Assembly: GCA_904063045.1 (NCBI GenBank)
Contig: CAJFCJ010000030.1
Span: 124,001-188,000, forward strand
Origin: Dimorphilus gyrociliatus
Lineage: Eukaryota > Animalia > Annelida
Reading direction: 5' to 3'
DNA length: 64,000 bases
Shown: one piece after another, positions 47,172 to 59,400 of the stretch
Layout: every line of letters begins with the position of its first letter
Numbering within the stretch: position 1 is the stretch's first letter
Translations under genes and position numbers: made by a program
The notes under the pieces: generated by a model
Seen by the model: the letters and a program-made list of their open reading frames with translations, nothing else
What the model was told of the DNA's origin: nothing
Database searches by the model: none

Positions 47172-48359
47172 ATGGCTCTAAGAAAATGGAGAAACTTCCT
47201 ATCCTCTTATGTATTAAGACGAAATAATAATGATAAATTAGACCATCGCATAGTTAAGGAATCAAACTCCAAAGAGAAAAGGGAAAAGAATTTATCAGAT
47301 TTCGTCAATGAAGGTGATAGCCGTTGAAACTTTAATATAGAACTTTTATATTTTCTCATTTCCTATGTAAAACAGAAAGAGAACCTTTAATAGAAGGAAA
47401 ATTTCATTTACATAATTCTTCGAATATAGATTTGGAGGTAAAACCGTAATTTCTGTAAAAGATTATAATTAATTACAAATTGATTATGGTAATTTACATA
47501 GGACTGTTACAATACAAAAGGACAGATGAAGGGTCGGATTGTTATTGTTAGTAATACTCATTTTGAAAAGAAGGAAATATTAAGGGATCGTACAGGAAGC
47601 CATTGGGATTGTCGTAATATAAGTGAAATTTTCACAACTTTAGGTTATGATGTGGAAATTTGGAATAATTGTACAAAGCCTGTAATTGTTTTCTATATAT
47701 GAAAAGAGAAATAGGAATAAAATACAGTTAATTACAGGAATTTGAGCAGAAATTAAGGAAAGAAATCAACTCGACGACTCACGAGATTGCTAATTCATTC
47801 TTCTTCGTTGTACTATCTCATGGGGATGAGAATGGCTTTTACTTAAAGGATGGAAATCCAAATAATAATAGATCTTCCGGTTTTTATGAATTTTCGCAGA
47901 TTGAAAGAAAATTTAGCAATGAAAATTGTGTAGGATTAAGTGGAAAACCTAAAATTTTCATCTATCAAGCCTGCCAAGGAAGTAGGGATAGAATCTATCT
48001 AAACTATTTTCCAGCTAATTATTTAATTATAGTCTTTTATTTTCAACTTGACAGATAGAAAGGTGAGCTGTAGCGAAGATCAGAGAGATGAAATTGACTT
48101 TTTTCACCATCCAGAATCAGATATATTAGTTGCATTTTCTACTGTTAAAGGATACGTTTCGTGGAGAAGTCCTACCCATGGTTCTTATTTTATTAGGACT
48201 TTGCTAATAGCTATCAAATATTACGCACAAACTGAATGTTTATTAACAATTTTATCAAGAACGCAAAGGTATATCGCATCAAGAACATTTAACAACTTAT
48301 ATTTGCAACAACCACTTATCAGCTGCAAGTTAAAGAAGAAATTCTACTTTTTATCGTAA
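47172..48359 (+). CDS. Caspase (peptidase C14A) with a short prodomain, 310 aa
   Basis: Exons 47172-47313, 47376-47437, 47502-47681, 47738-47981 and 48055-48359 (introns 56-73 bp) are in frame and total 933 nt. They contain RDRTGS..D, catalytic LSHG, KPKIFIYQACQG, and small subunit SDILVAFSTVKGYVSWRSPTHGSYFI. Confidence 0.93.
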
Positions 48360-48499
48360 ATAATAGTTCTCTTCGTATTTCACTTTTACACCGATATGCT
48401 GTTAAGTGATAGCAATACAAATTGTATTGATAAATGATTTAATCATTTACCTAAGCATGGTTGCATGGTTATATATATATATAACGTATTTTCATTATT

Positions 48500-48550
48500 T
48501 TCATTGGCTAATAGGATGTGGTCGCTTGTTAGAAATTAGCTCATTGGCTA
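48500..48550 (+). promoter_or_regulatory. Paired inverted CCAAT boxes upstream of the CARD-only gene
   Basis: TCATTGGCTAA occurs twice (about 48501 and 48541). A probable 62-bp 5'UTR intron (48600-48661) follows, then ATG 48671. Confidence 0.45.
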
Positions 48551-48670
48551 AAAAACTTAGCAGACGACGCAATTCCATTTTTTTGATTGATTGCTTGAGG
48601 TATAACTTTATTTTCGATTAATGAATATGCTGGATTTTATAATACTCGCTATAATATCGCAGGGGAAAGA

Positions 48671-49046
48671 ATGGAGATTAATGAAAAATCTGTGATAACT
48701 GGTAATCTTGTGTACTTAATGCAGAATCTAGATGCGGATATATTATTACTCGCAACTTGCCAAGAGAAACTAATTTTAAATGAACATGATGTTGAAGAAA
48801 TAAGGGTATGACGATTACATTTATTTCAAAGCTTTATCTAATTGACAAAAATTTGAATTTTAGAATTGTTCAACTACGTTAGAAAGAAATAAACTGTTTT
48901 TGGACAAGATTCAAAGAAGACCTGTTTTTGAACGCTTTTTACAAGTATTAAGGATCGTGCAGAAAGGTTTCATTGCTGAGAAATTACAAAATTACATGAA
49001 CGAACATCAGTTAGATGGACATTTTCAAAATGTAGATGGAAATTAA
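48671..49046 (+). CDS. CARD-only protein, 105 aa (not in the supplied ORF track)
   Basis: Exons 48671-48805 and 48864-49046 (58-bp GT-AG intron) give MEINEKSVITGNLVYLMQNLDADILLLATCQEKLILNEHDVEEIRNCSTTLERNKLFLDKIQRRPVFERFLQVLRIVQKGFIAEKLQNYMNEHQLDGHFQNVDGN*. This aligns by eye with RAIDD/caspase-2-type CARDs (ME..K.V, IL.E....EI, T...N..LLD, F..FL..L, EKL). Confidence 0.82.
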
Positions 49047-50714
49047 TTGAAGACGAATACAACATTTCAAGTACTATTACCGTAACAATTAGTATTAAAG
49101 TATGATTTTTACCTACAGCTCATTATACTTTATGTTTCTGACAAAAACGTATCGGTAATAAATTGACTTTAATTTAACGTGAGAAAAAGGAATGCTTTTA
49201 ATAGATCTCTTTGAAATAGTAAATGAATGAAGATAGAAAAAACAAACTTCTCATGACACTTTTAAATTAAAAATACAAAATAGAGTATTGCATATTAGAA
49301 AAATAGAATTTAATGATCAATCGTACAATAAGGGTTGTTTTCTTCGGTGTTAGCTAGTTTATTCTATTTGGATAAACATAAAAGAGAGACTGGCTGTATC
49401 AACTTGGAAAACAACTATCCAAGAAGATTCCTTGTAAAGAAGGATATAAGAAAAAAATCGTGCAAAATAGGCAATTTATAACGAGCTGTCCACCAATATA
49501 ATTGAAATAATTTATATTAATAACTTAAAAATGATACAAAAAATACTCTTTCATGTTGGCTAATGACTCAGCTTTCGGACACAAGTAATAACTTCTTGAT
49601 ATAACAAAATACGTTAAAGAACGGGAGAAGAATAAACTGAGGAATAGTCGAGAAAGGGGTCAAGCAAATGTATTTTCTAGAAGAATCAATATTGATGAAA
49701 GGATGCATACCTTTTATTATCATACATCACATGTATCCTATTTATATGTATTTCAAATAAGAAGGAGACAAGAATATAATATAAATTTTCAAACAATCTT
49801 CTCCCTCTTTTTCTAGATTTTCCATAACACACACTTTTATAAAGATATTCAATTTTACTGAACAGCAATTGAATAAGAGACATGAATTTTCTCATGATGA
49901 TTTATGCTTTCTTTACCACTATATCTATATTTTGTTAAATATGTATAAGAGAAATATATTTCAGAGTGTTTTGAGATTTATTTTTTCCCTTTGCAAAATG
50001 TCAATATACCACTCTCACATTTCTTATGCTCTATTGAGAAGAGGAAGTACAATTAAGACTAATGAAGAACTAGCTTCTACACCATACATGAGAAACAAAA
50101 ATCATCTATAACTTAAACGACAATTCAGAGAAAACATAATTTCTGTTTTCTTTTTGATCCATTTAATTACTTCAGAAAGAATTGGAAGAGTGACTGATTT
50201 TGTCTTTTAGGAAAAGGAGAAAACTTCAAAGGAATAAGAACTTGGGAAAAATCTAAGCAATAAACTACCTGGATGGTTAATATTAAAAATTATATATATA
50301 TATATACTGTATATATATATATATTGTATATATCTATGATTACGTAGGATAATTCTGTATGTTTTATAAATACAAAATGATTTTTAGCACATAAAAGGTT
50401 TGTTAAATATATGAAGTTTTCTTTCTTATGGATGTATATTTTGTATAAATAATTTGTCTTGTATATATAATATATATATATATATATATCACATATTATG
50501 TATTTATGTGACAGTTGTTCCAAGTTCAATGACCTTCTATGTTATATTTAAATTACACATCTCTAATTATAAAGTAATTTTAGCTCATCTTCCTCTTTCA
50601 AATCTGTTATTTTATCTAAACAACATATATATTTAAGTTTATTGAAAAAGCACACAAAAACACATAATACATAAGTAGTGCCATTTTACTTGAGTTAAAA
50701 GTCTCTGTTTTATT

Positions 50715-51113
50715 CTAATCTTTGGATGGATTGTTACTAATTCTTTCAGCAATCTTTTGTTTAAACTCTTTAACTGACCCCTCATTAAGAATATCATCGT
50801 CAACTACTATATCTGCAACGTCTATGACCAATTGAGCAATTTCCGTCTGTAAATGATCAGCTTCCGGTTTCTTTTCGCTCTTAAATTTATCTATGGTTAT
50901 TAGCTTTGAGATAAGAAGAGTTAAAAATGAAACAAATAAATTGTGCTCTTCTTTTAAAGAGTCCAAAACTTGGTCCAATTCTTCTTCATCAAAGACTGAA
51001 GTTGAGCTAAAAGTTGACGATGAATCAGAATTACAGCTTACTTCATTCCTCTCTTCCAATTTTCCTTCCGATTTTTCATCGATTGAAGAACATTCACCAA
51101 ATTTTGCCGCCAT
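50715..51113 (-). CDS. Uncharacterised acidic protein, 132 aa, intronless
   Basis: ATG in AGAATGGCG context; S/E-rich N-terminus followed by amphipathic helices (EELDQVLDSLKEEHNLFVSFLTLLISKL). Codon content is distinct from the AT-rich flanks. Confidence 0.6.
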   Translation of the reverse strand: MAAKFGECSSIDEKSEGKLEERNEVSCNSDSSSTFSSTSVFDEEELDQVLDSLKEEHNLFVSFLTLLISKLITIDKFKSEKKPEADHLQTEIAQLVIDVADIVVDDDILNEGSVKEFKQKIAERISNNPSKD

Positions 51114-51685
51114 TCTTCGTCAACAGAGAATGAATTTTTTCGTTATTTTTAAACACAAAATAAAACGTTTATAAAAAAATAAAGAATTACAACGTAACGT
51201 AACGTCAATATATATATATATATATATATACATATCTTTTGTTTTTGTTTATATGAATTTATCATTTGTATATTTGTTTTGTTTACATTCAATTGTTTTT
51301 TAAAATATCTGACTAATGACTCTATAATACATATGGAAAAATTGTTTCAAAATAGTCCACATCAATCGTCATATTCTTAAGAACTAATTCCAATTTTCAT
51401 TTAATTTTTTCCTGAAAAGATCATTTTATGATTTTTAAATTTTTGTCGTCATCCATATTTATTTTTTTGTTTTAATTAAGTTAATTAATATGTTTTTTGT
51501 TTATTTGTCTGTTTTTAAAATGTCTATTTATTATATTATTATTTACTATTCTTTATTTTGTTTGTTTTGTTTGTTTTTAATGCTAAAAGAAGTTAAGAAG
51601 TTTGGAAGTTTTTTTTTGCTTTATTTTTGGATTTTTGTCTTGTTTTTTTTGTTTTTTTTTAACTTTTATAAGTAGAAAAGTAACA

Positions 51686-54600
51686 TTACATAAGAGTATT
51701 GCCAGTTGTTGTAAGGCTGTGCTTTTTACATCTTTCAACCGAATCAAAAGGTACTCTAGCCTTCCTGCGAAATCTGTTGAAACAGAACATCCCGAAAAGT
51801 TCTTCTCGAAATCTTGCTCCGCAAACGGTGTAGAGTAGAAGATTAACACTATGATTAATTTGAAAAAGTAAAGATGCAATCTTCTCAAATAATAGGCCAA
51901 CTCCCCTGTCTTTCAATAGTTCATTTAAATCCAAGATCATCCAAATAAAATAGGGAAAAGTAGTTAGAAAATACGTTATTGAAATAGCCAGCAAAATATT
52001 TGTCACGTGTCTATATTTGTAAGAAGGAGCGTAATTCAGAAAGACTTTTTTTGTTTTATTCTGTATACCATTTGCTCTAACCCTTTAGATGTATACATAT
52101 TTCTAAGGTATGACAAACATTACCTGAAAGCTTAAAGAGTAAATTTGTATAATATATTATAAAACCTAACTAAGTATTGTGATAATTGAAAAGATCCTAA
52201 ACGCCTATATACAGTATATATACTGTATTTATATATGTGACTTTTTTACGCAAATACTCAAAATTTGGAAAGATTCATTAATTTTTTTCCCTCTTTTCAA
52301 TCTATGTTTCCAATTGTTGAAAAAGAAAAATATTATATTGATTAACTTAGGAAATTGCCAAGTTCTATATTATTGTACTGTATTTAGTCAATAATATTGT
52401 CTTTGTAATTGCTAAAGGATTATCAACTAGAGAGTTTTGTTTAATAAAAACTGTTATTTATACTAATAATAACTTTCTTCTTTAAGTGGTAAGGTAAAAA
52501 AGAAAAAAGGGAAAGTATAAAGGAAAAAATTTAGATAAGTGGGCAAAGGTATTATACTTGATAATTCTTTTATAGCTATAGTATATACAGTATTTATATG
52601 TATATAGTACATATTCTCTTGAAATTGAGTAGTGAAAACGATATAAAGGTAAGAAAATAGAAGTCAAATACCGAGAATTTTGTATATGTACTTAGTATAA
52701 GTTTTCACATAAAATCTTGTATAAAAAATATCTATTATTTACCTCAACTTTCTTAATGTTCTGTATTTTAGCTTATATGAATTTACTAAAGTGATGATAG
52801 CTGAAATGGTTTAGAATTAAATATAGCTTTTACTAGGTTGGTTGAAGCCGTTCTTTGCTTTATTCTCTCTACCCTTACGCTTTCAATTCTTTCCTTTTCT
52901 TATTTACTTAAACCCGAGATGGAACAGGAGCAAAACAATACGCCGTATATCTTAATTAGGCAAGAAAAATTTCTTCATTAGCAAGTAACTACAGAATGTT
53001 AATATGTCAAGTTGAGGTATATAAAATGAAAGAAACACTTTGTTTTTTTTTATATATAGAAGGTATCATGCTATGCTTTATATTATAGCAGCATAGATTC
53101 CGACATGTCTGTCAGTTCAATATAATAGATCTATAAAAAGGAAAAAAGGGGAATCTTTAGAAATAGCTAAATTGCTTGGAACTGGAAATGTTAATGACAA
53201 AACACAAATACAATAGAAAATTGATTAGCTAAGATAGAAAGAATGAATGAATAAGAAATCAATTACTACTTGTTAATATACACTATACAGTTTAATAGTA
53301 TAGAATATTGAAAAAAAATTTGATGTATAAATAGTCAAGGAACGAGACGTTTCGATGATCAAGTGATCAATTATAGTTAAAAACAATAACGATAATTGAC
53401 AGTTTATAAAGAAAAAACCTGTGAAATCACTCTCCAAAATGTAGAATATTTTGTATAACTATCTTAATTATATTAATAATTTCTCCTATCTTATATAATA
53501 ATTAGTTAGATTAATGAAAGAATTTTAACATTCTTATAATAAGACAGGGTAAACTATGATCAGACTATTGTATTTTATTTATCGACATTCACGCATTCAA
53601 AGATAATATATATTGTTCTTTACTAACCATGCAATCTTTGTATGAATTAAAGAAATTTTCTAGTTAATTATTTTATTAGATAGGCCTTAATCACCTGTGT
53701 CAAAGCGAAGAGGATTTTTTAATATCTCCGCTGGAGAATGTCTGGTTTACTCGCTCACTTTCGTAGATAATTAAATTCTTTAAGAAATGTGAGCCAGAGT
53801 AAGCTTTAAATTTAATTCGTTAGGCTACTTAGATATTTTTGATGAGAGAAACTTAGAATTTTTAATATTTTCGCTTATTCGCTTGATAACTTACAGATTT
53901 GCAATTTAGGAATCGTATATTATTCTTTTTTAACATTTTGACCTAAACCTCGTATGTTTTCACTTCCGTTTCCTAGTTTTAAACCATACCCGTTTATTAC
54001 ATTTTGCAATCTAATAAAAATGTACAATAGAACCCTGAGTCAGCTGTTGTGAGTTTATTTACTAAATAAAAATATCTTTCTGAATCACGTTCCTTGCTTG
54101 AGACTCTTTCAAGCTAGTACTCTTCACTTGCATTTTCCTACCCCTGAGCATACTCTGTCTTTCTTTCATACCAAGCACAACCACAGAATTTTTTTCCTTC
54201 CAATTTTTTCTTGATGTGCTTGGATAACAACCCAGTGATTTTATAATAATACTATGACCAATTAGCAGGAAAATATAGCAGAAAATATATAAGGATATAT
54301 GTAAATAGACTAGCCAATCAAGGACGCCTTCTGTTGTGCACTCTCTGTCCGTTATTTTGATGTGTACAACAGTAGGAGTAACGTATACGATGGTGAATAA
54401 TGCCATAGTCAATAAACTAACAAAAACAGCTTTCTTAGAAGTAAATAATTGTAGCGATAATGGTTTATAAACAATCCACACTCTTTCCGCAGTAACAACA
54501 CAAATTAATACCTCTGAGCTGGGGATGCTAAAATCGGCGAGGATATGTGCTGCGTAACATTTGAAAGGTGTGAATGTAGCATCGTAAGTATGTATAGCTT

Positions 54601-54808
54601 TCGACAGCAGACAAAAGAAATCGCATATAGCTATAAATGCCAAATATACATTAGCTGATAGATGACGGTGAGATTTTCGACAAAGCACTAGGAATGCAAT
54701 TACGTTAAATATCATTCCAACAATTTGTACAACAGCGCTGATATAATTTTCTACAATCGTCGCCCCTCGTAAAGTGGCATTCGATCCGGGATAAGAATAG
54801 TTTTCCAT
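51686..54808 (-). CDS. Class A GPCR (peptide-receptor-like) split by an approximately 2-kb intron in ICL3
   Basis: The ORF 54808-54062 encodes TM1-5 (GMIFN, FIAICD, TAERVWIVYKP); its true donor is near 54.13-54.18 kb. The second exon (about 52061 to 51686) encodes TM6 YFLTTFPYF and TM7 INHSVNLLLYTVCGARFREEL. The exact junction is uncertain. Confidence 0.85.
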
Positions 54809-56475
54809 CTTTTGAAAGGTATTCTGAAAATGTTTGACATTGAATAAACTAGGAAAATATAGTATACGATATTGGATCTTTAAAATGTCAAAAAGTTAAC
54901 CTTTAATAATAATAAAATTATTTAAGATGCCACTTTTAACTTTTTCATTGTTTTATTAAATAGACAGTAGGGTAAAAGGGGTCGAGAAAAAATAAGGACA
55001 TGATATTTTTATATACAATATTCATTGTTTAGCTCTTTATCTTTGCTAAAATCAATATTTCCTCCTTCTTACTGTCTATCTCTGTCACTCTGTATGTACT
55101 TTCCATCTAAGAATTATAATTTTAAGGAATAGCTTAAAGATTCTATTTATTAACTTTAGATCAAACTCTATAAGGAGAAATATGAAGTTGACAGCCATTT
55201 AATATCTTCATGAAACACAAATACTCTGTACTTTTACACAAGTAAAATAAAATGCTAGGAAAAAGGATCCTGTTTATCCTCGACATGTTTTCAGAAGTTA
55301 AATTTTTCTCAACTTAGTTAATTATACAATAAGTATAAGCTTAATAGAAACGTTTAGAATTTCCCGGGGATATGTTTACAGTTTCGCAGGCTCTAAAGAA
55401 AAAAGGAAGGAGAGAGACACCGAATGGGGTATAAGTAAAAGGCAGAGAGGAGAGAGAGAGAGAAAGAGAGGGAAGCAACAAGGAAGGAGTGCTAAATGAT
55501 ACTGCATAAAAGGCTTTTATAAAGGCTCATAGCTAATATCTATTAGTACTTTTAGAACAATTACCTTAATAAAAATTCAGGAATTAGAATCTGTATTAGT
55601 AACTGCTTCTTTTATCTCTTTTTGCATATGTTTTTGAAAAAAATAATAGGTGGTGGGAATAGACAAAGGTAGAACAGAGAGAGATAGATAGAGAGAGAGG
55701 TGGGTGGAGAAGCAATTTAAATAAATTTAGAGTACACAAGAGATTAAAGAAATATCATAATTTAAAATAAAAATACAGTGGAAATATACAAAAATAGTTA
55801 ACAAAACCATTTTTATTCAACGAAGATACGAAGATAAGCTAAAATTTCTCAAATGCTTTAACTATAACTATAAATTCTTTAAATATATTCAATTTTTAAC
55901 TTATATTAGTGCAAAATATGACAGAAAAAAACAAGAAAGAAAGACTTATTCGCATATGGTATAGTATTTTTTATCTATAGAATATTTTTTTTTGGCCAAT
56001 AGGCCTATTATAAACAAAAAAACATTCTCTAATTCTATAAGTTTTTACGGGTTTTATTCAATTAATAGTATTAGGTGGAAGAAATAAAATAGCAGTAAAA
56101 GAAATATATACCTACTAAATTTCTAATATCTTCATAGTTGACAAGAAAGAAAAGGAAGAATTTATAAAGAAACTAACCTGTTAGAACTTATGAAAATTTC
56201 CTCTGTAAAATTTTGGAAAGGATCACCTCAAGAAGATAAAGAGCAGCAGGTAGAAGGGGAATGGAGTTAAAATATAATTTTCTTAACAATATTTAATAAG
56301 CAAATCTCGATAAAGTAGATATTATTATTTTAAAGATGAGAAAGTAAGAGTATTATTTTCTCTTTGTTGTTAATTTATCTGTAATTCTCTCTTATTTGAA
56401 TAACTGGCAACGGAGATAGAAGCAAACTTTGCACTGTCTATGCCATACTATACTGTGGAGTAAATACATTCCATG

Positions 56476-56483
56476 TGACGTCA
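56476..56483. promoter_or_regulatory. Full CRE palindrome TGACGTCA
   Basis: Exact TGACGTCA in a locally GC-richer patch about 1.7 kb upstream of the GPCR start. Confidence 0.35.
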
Positions 56484-59400
56484 GTCTGCTGCTTGTCGTA
56501 ATTCGTAAACATAATTTATGAGAGCAAATGCGCTATCTTAGTTTTAGATCTTTCTTTTGAAAAGGGAAAAAAGTAATAGAATGAGAATTTAAATAAGAGT
56601 AGAAGAAACGAGGAGAATAATTTCAGACGCAAAAATTGACTTCTAAAATTAGAAACTTGAAAGAAAGTTAAAACTATTAGAAGATAAGCAACTAAGAAAT
56701 CTTTTGACAGTTACATTACATCTAAAAATTCTATTAAACCTTAAGAAACTATCTTCGAAAAGCCAATATACTGAAAACAACTGGAATCAATTTTCAAGCA
56801 ATATATTTCTTTCTAGCCATACTTAATCCCTTATTAGTATTCATTCAAGGAAAGAAAAAATACGCAATAATATTTTACTATAGAATGTTCTTATGTTAAA
56901 ACCTTACGCCTTTAACTACAACACGAAGGAATCTTATGAGAATGTAATACAATTTAACTTAACGATTAGAAATAGATATGATATTATTTTTAGGTAAAAG
57001 TTATCAACTATAGTATTCTATCTTTTTTCCTTGACTACAAACGAAATCGACTGCTTTGTTTGCCTTTTCTTGTTTTCTTTTGATGTAAACAGAAACAAAG
57101 TTATTATAAAACCAAACAGAGTGATATTATTATAACTGTGTTTGAAAATCTACACGTTAATTCGGAAGAAGATATTATCTTCTATGAGTATTTAAAAGTG
57201 TTATGGCATACATACAGTACATTTACAATACAGCATACGTACTTATAAATATATTAGTATATGCTGTATATATAAAGTATATGTTGCATGTGTATTATAG
57301 AGCAAATATATTCTTATTTCGTTCCTTATTTATTAAATATCATAGTCGATAAGATTAATTTTAAGTAGAAAGAAGGGAATCAATAAAAAAATGGTATCAA
57401 TAAAAGAATTAACAAAATAAACAGAATTAGTGTGTAAAAGAGAAGGGAAACACTTTTACAAGTTCAAATTATATTAATTATAACATTCGGGAATGTATAT
57501 AAATACATATACTACAGTATCTATATACAATATATATATATATTAGTATCTATATTTATACAGTATATAAAGCAAACTTTTCTATATTCTATTTTTAAGT
57601 ATAACTCAATTTTCTTGCTTTCCTCTTGTTAGCTTTGTTTGTATATATATTTAGAATTTCAATACCTCAATAATACTTTATTTTCTGTTTATAAAAATGG
57701 TAAATTTTTGATAATTGTATATTTCCTGTTATATAAAAAAGAGTCTTATACGAAAAAACTAATGTATTAAGACAATATAATTTTCATATATTGACAATAC
57801 AGTAACGAAAGACTTTTTTGTATAAAAAAAAGAAAGAAAGACTATGTAATACAAAATGCTATGTATAGTTTTTACAGTACATTACGTTTACTGTATATAA
57901 TAACTATTTTTTTTTACAGTTTTTGTTATTTTCGATTCCTTTTTTAGTTAGTTTGTAAATTTTCCATATTTATTCCGAGTAAACATCAATGTGTATTCTT
58001 TCTCTAATTAATATCATCTAATAAATTTACGAAGGATACTACTATACTAAATATATTGATATTTTCAATTAGCATACTGAGGTAGTCTATCAATTATGTT
58101 ATAATGGCAAAAAAAAGATCTCAATCTTAGTAGCTATTTATCACCTTCCTTTCTACGACAATTCACCTCTTTCACCTGATATTCTTCCTTTGTTCTTTTT
58201 ATATAATACTTTTAGTAATGATGATAAAATAATACTTTTAAAAAAATATCTTGTATTTGTTTAAATCATATTTTTCAGAATCTGAAATAAAACATAAAGA
58301 ATAATACAAAATTGACAATTTCCGCCTCTCTACTCTACTCAATCAAATGTTGGAGCACTTAGTTATCATTTTCATAGAAAATATGGAATGCACATATATA
58401 CTCTATATATAAATAAATAAATCTTTTTAAGAGAATCAGCATAAATCCTAAAGAGGTAAAATCATAATTTAGTGGATTTCTGAGATAATTTGCAACAAAG
58501 GAGTTTTAGAATGTATTTTCTTTAACTAAATATAAACTAAATAAATCTCTTATTTCTTATGAATGAAACGCGTTAGGAATGTTTTTAATAAATGAAGAAA
58601 TTGACTAGAATAGTTTTAACTGTGAAAGTCTGAATACAAAATTAAGTAATAAGACTACAGTGTAAAAAAAAAATACAATTTCATTGTATAAATCAAAGAA
58701 GTACACTCGTAATGTTCATTTTTTATATTGTATTACGTACTTATTAAGTACATACAAAAGTGCATTTTTCAACAATATCATCCAGAAACTTAAATGCTAT
58801 AAACTATTTTTATACACTTTAGATGACATTAGCGTAAAAAGTTACGTGTAGGCTATTTAGAATTTATAAATATATATACAGAGTAAAATCTATGTATTAG
58901 AGTATTACCTATTCTATTTTATAAACAAGTCTAATATGTTGATTAACCCCTAAAACATTTACATACTGGTAACAAAGTTTGTAAACAATTTCGTCTACCA
59001 AAGCGGAATAGCTTCCATAGAGCTTTTCAACAGCTTATTCGAAATGGAATCTTTTAAAAAAAGCTAATACAGTGCTTACTAGGGTGTAAAGCTTTTATAA
59101 ACAAATCTATTAGTTTATTCTCTTTACAAATAAATACAATATTTAAAAAGAAAGTACTGTTTTATCCTTTAAAAAAGTATTAAAGGAAGTATTAACAATA
59201 ACGACAAGGAGGAGGAGAAAGAAAGAGAAATAGACAGGTAGAGATTACCTGAAAGCTAGCCTTAAAAAAATTAACAAGCTCTATTATTATTACCGATATA
59301 ATTCAATTATTTAAAAGAAATAAACGATAACTTATTCGAAAACAATATGCTAGTTCATTATATAATAAAGTACATATTTTCTGAGTTTTCCCTTTCATCA

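Noticed and set aside
49370-50110. Possible further exons extending the CARD gene
   Set aside because: The CARD frame ends at TAA 49044-49046. The alternative donor and acceptor I tested also stop within 15 codons, and the downstream frames show no caspase or NACHT motifs.
58078-58099. TGAGGTAGT (let-7-like seed)
   Set aside because: The match ends after 9 nt and no complementary arm is present.
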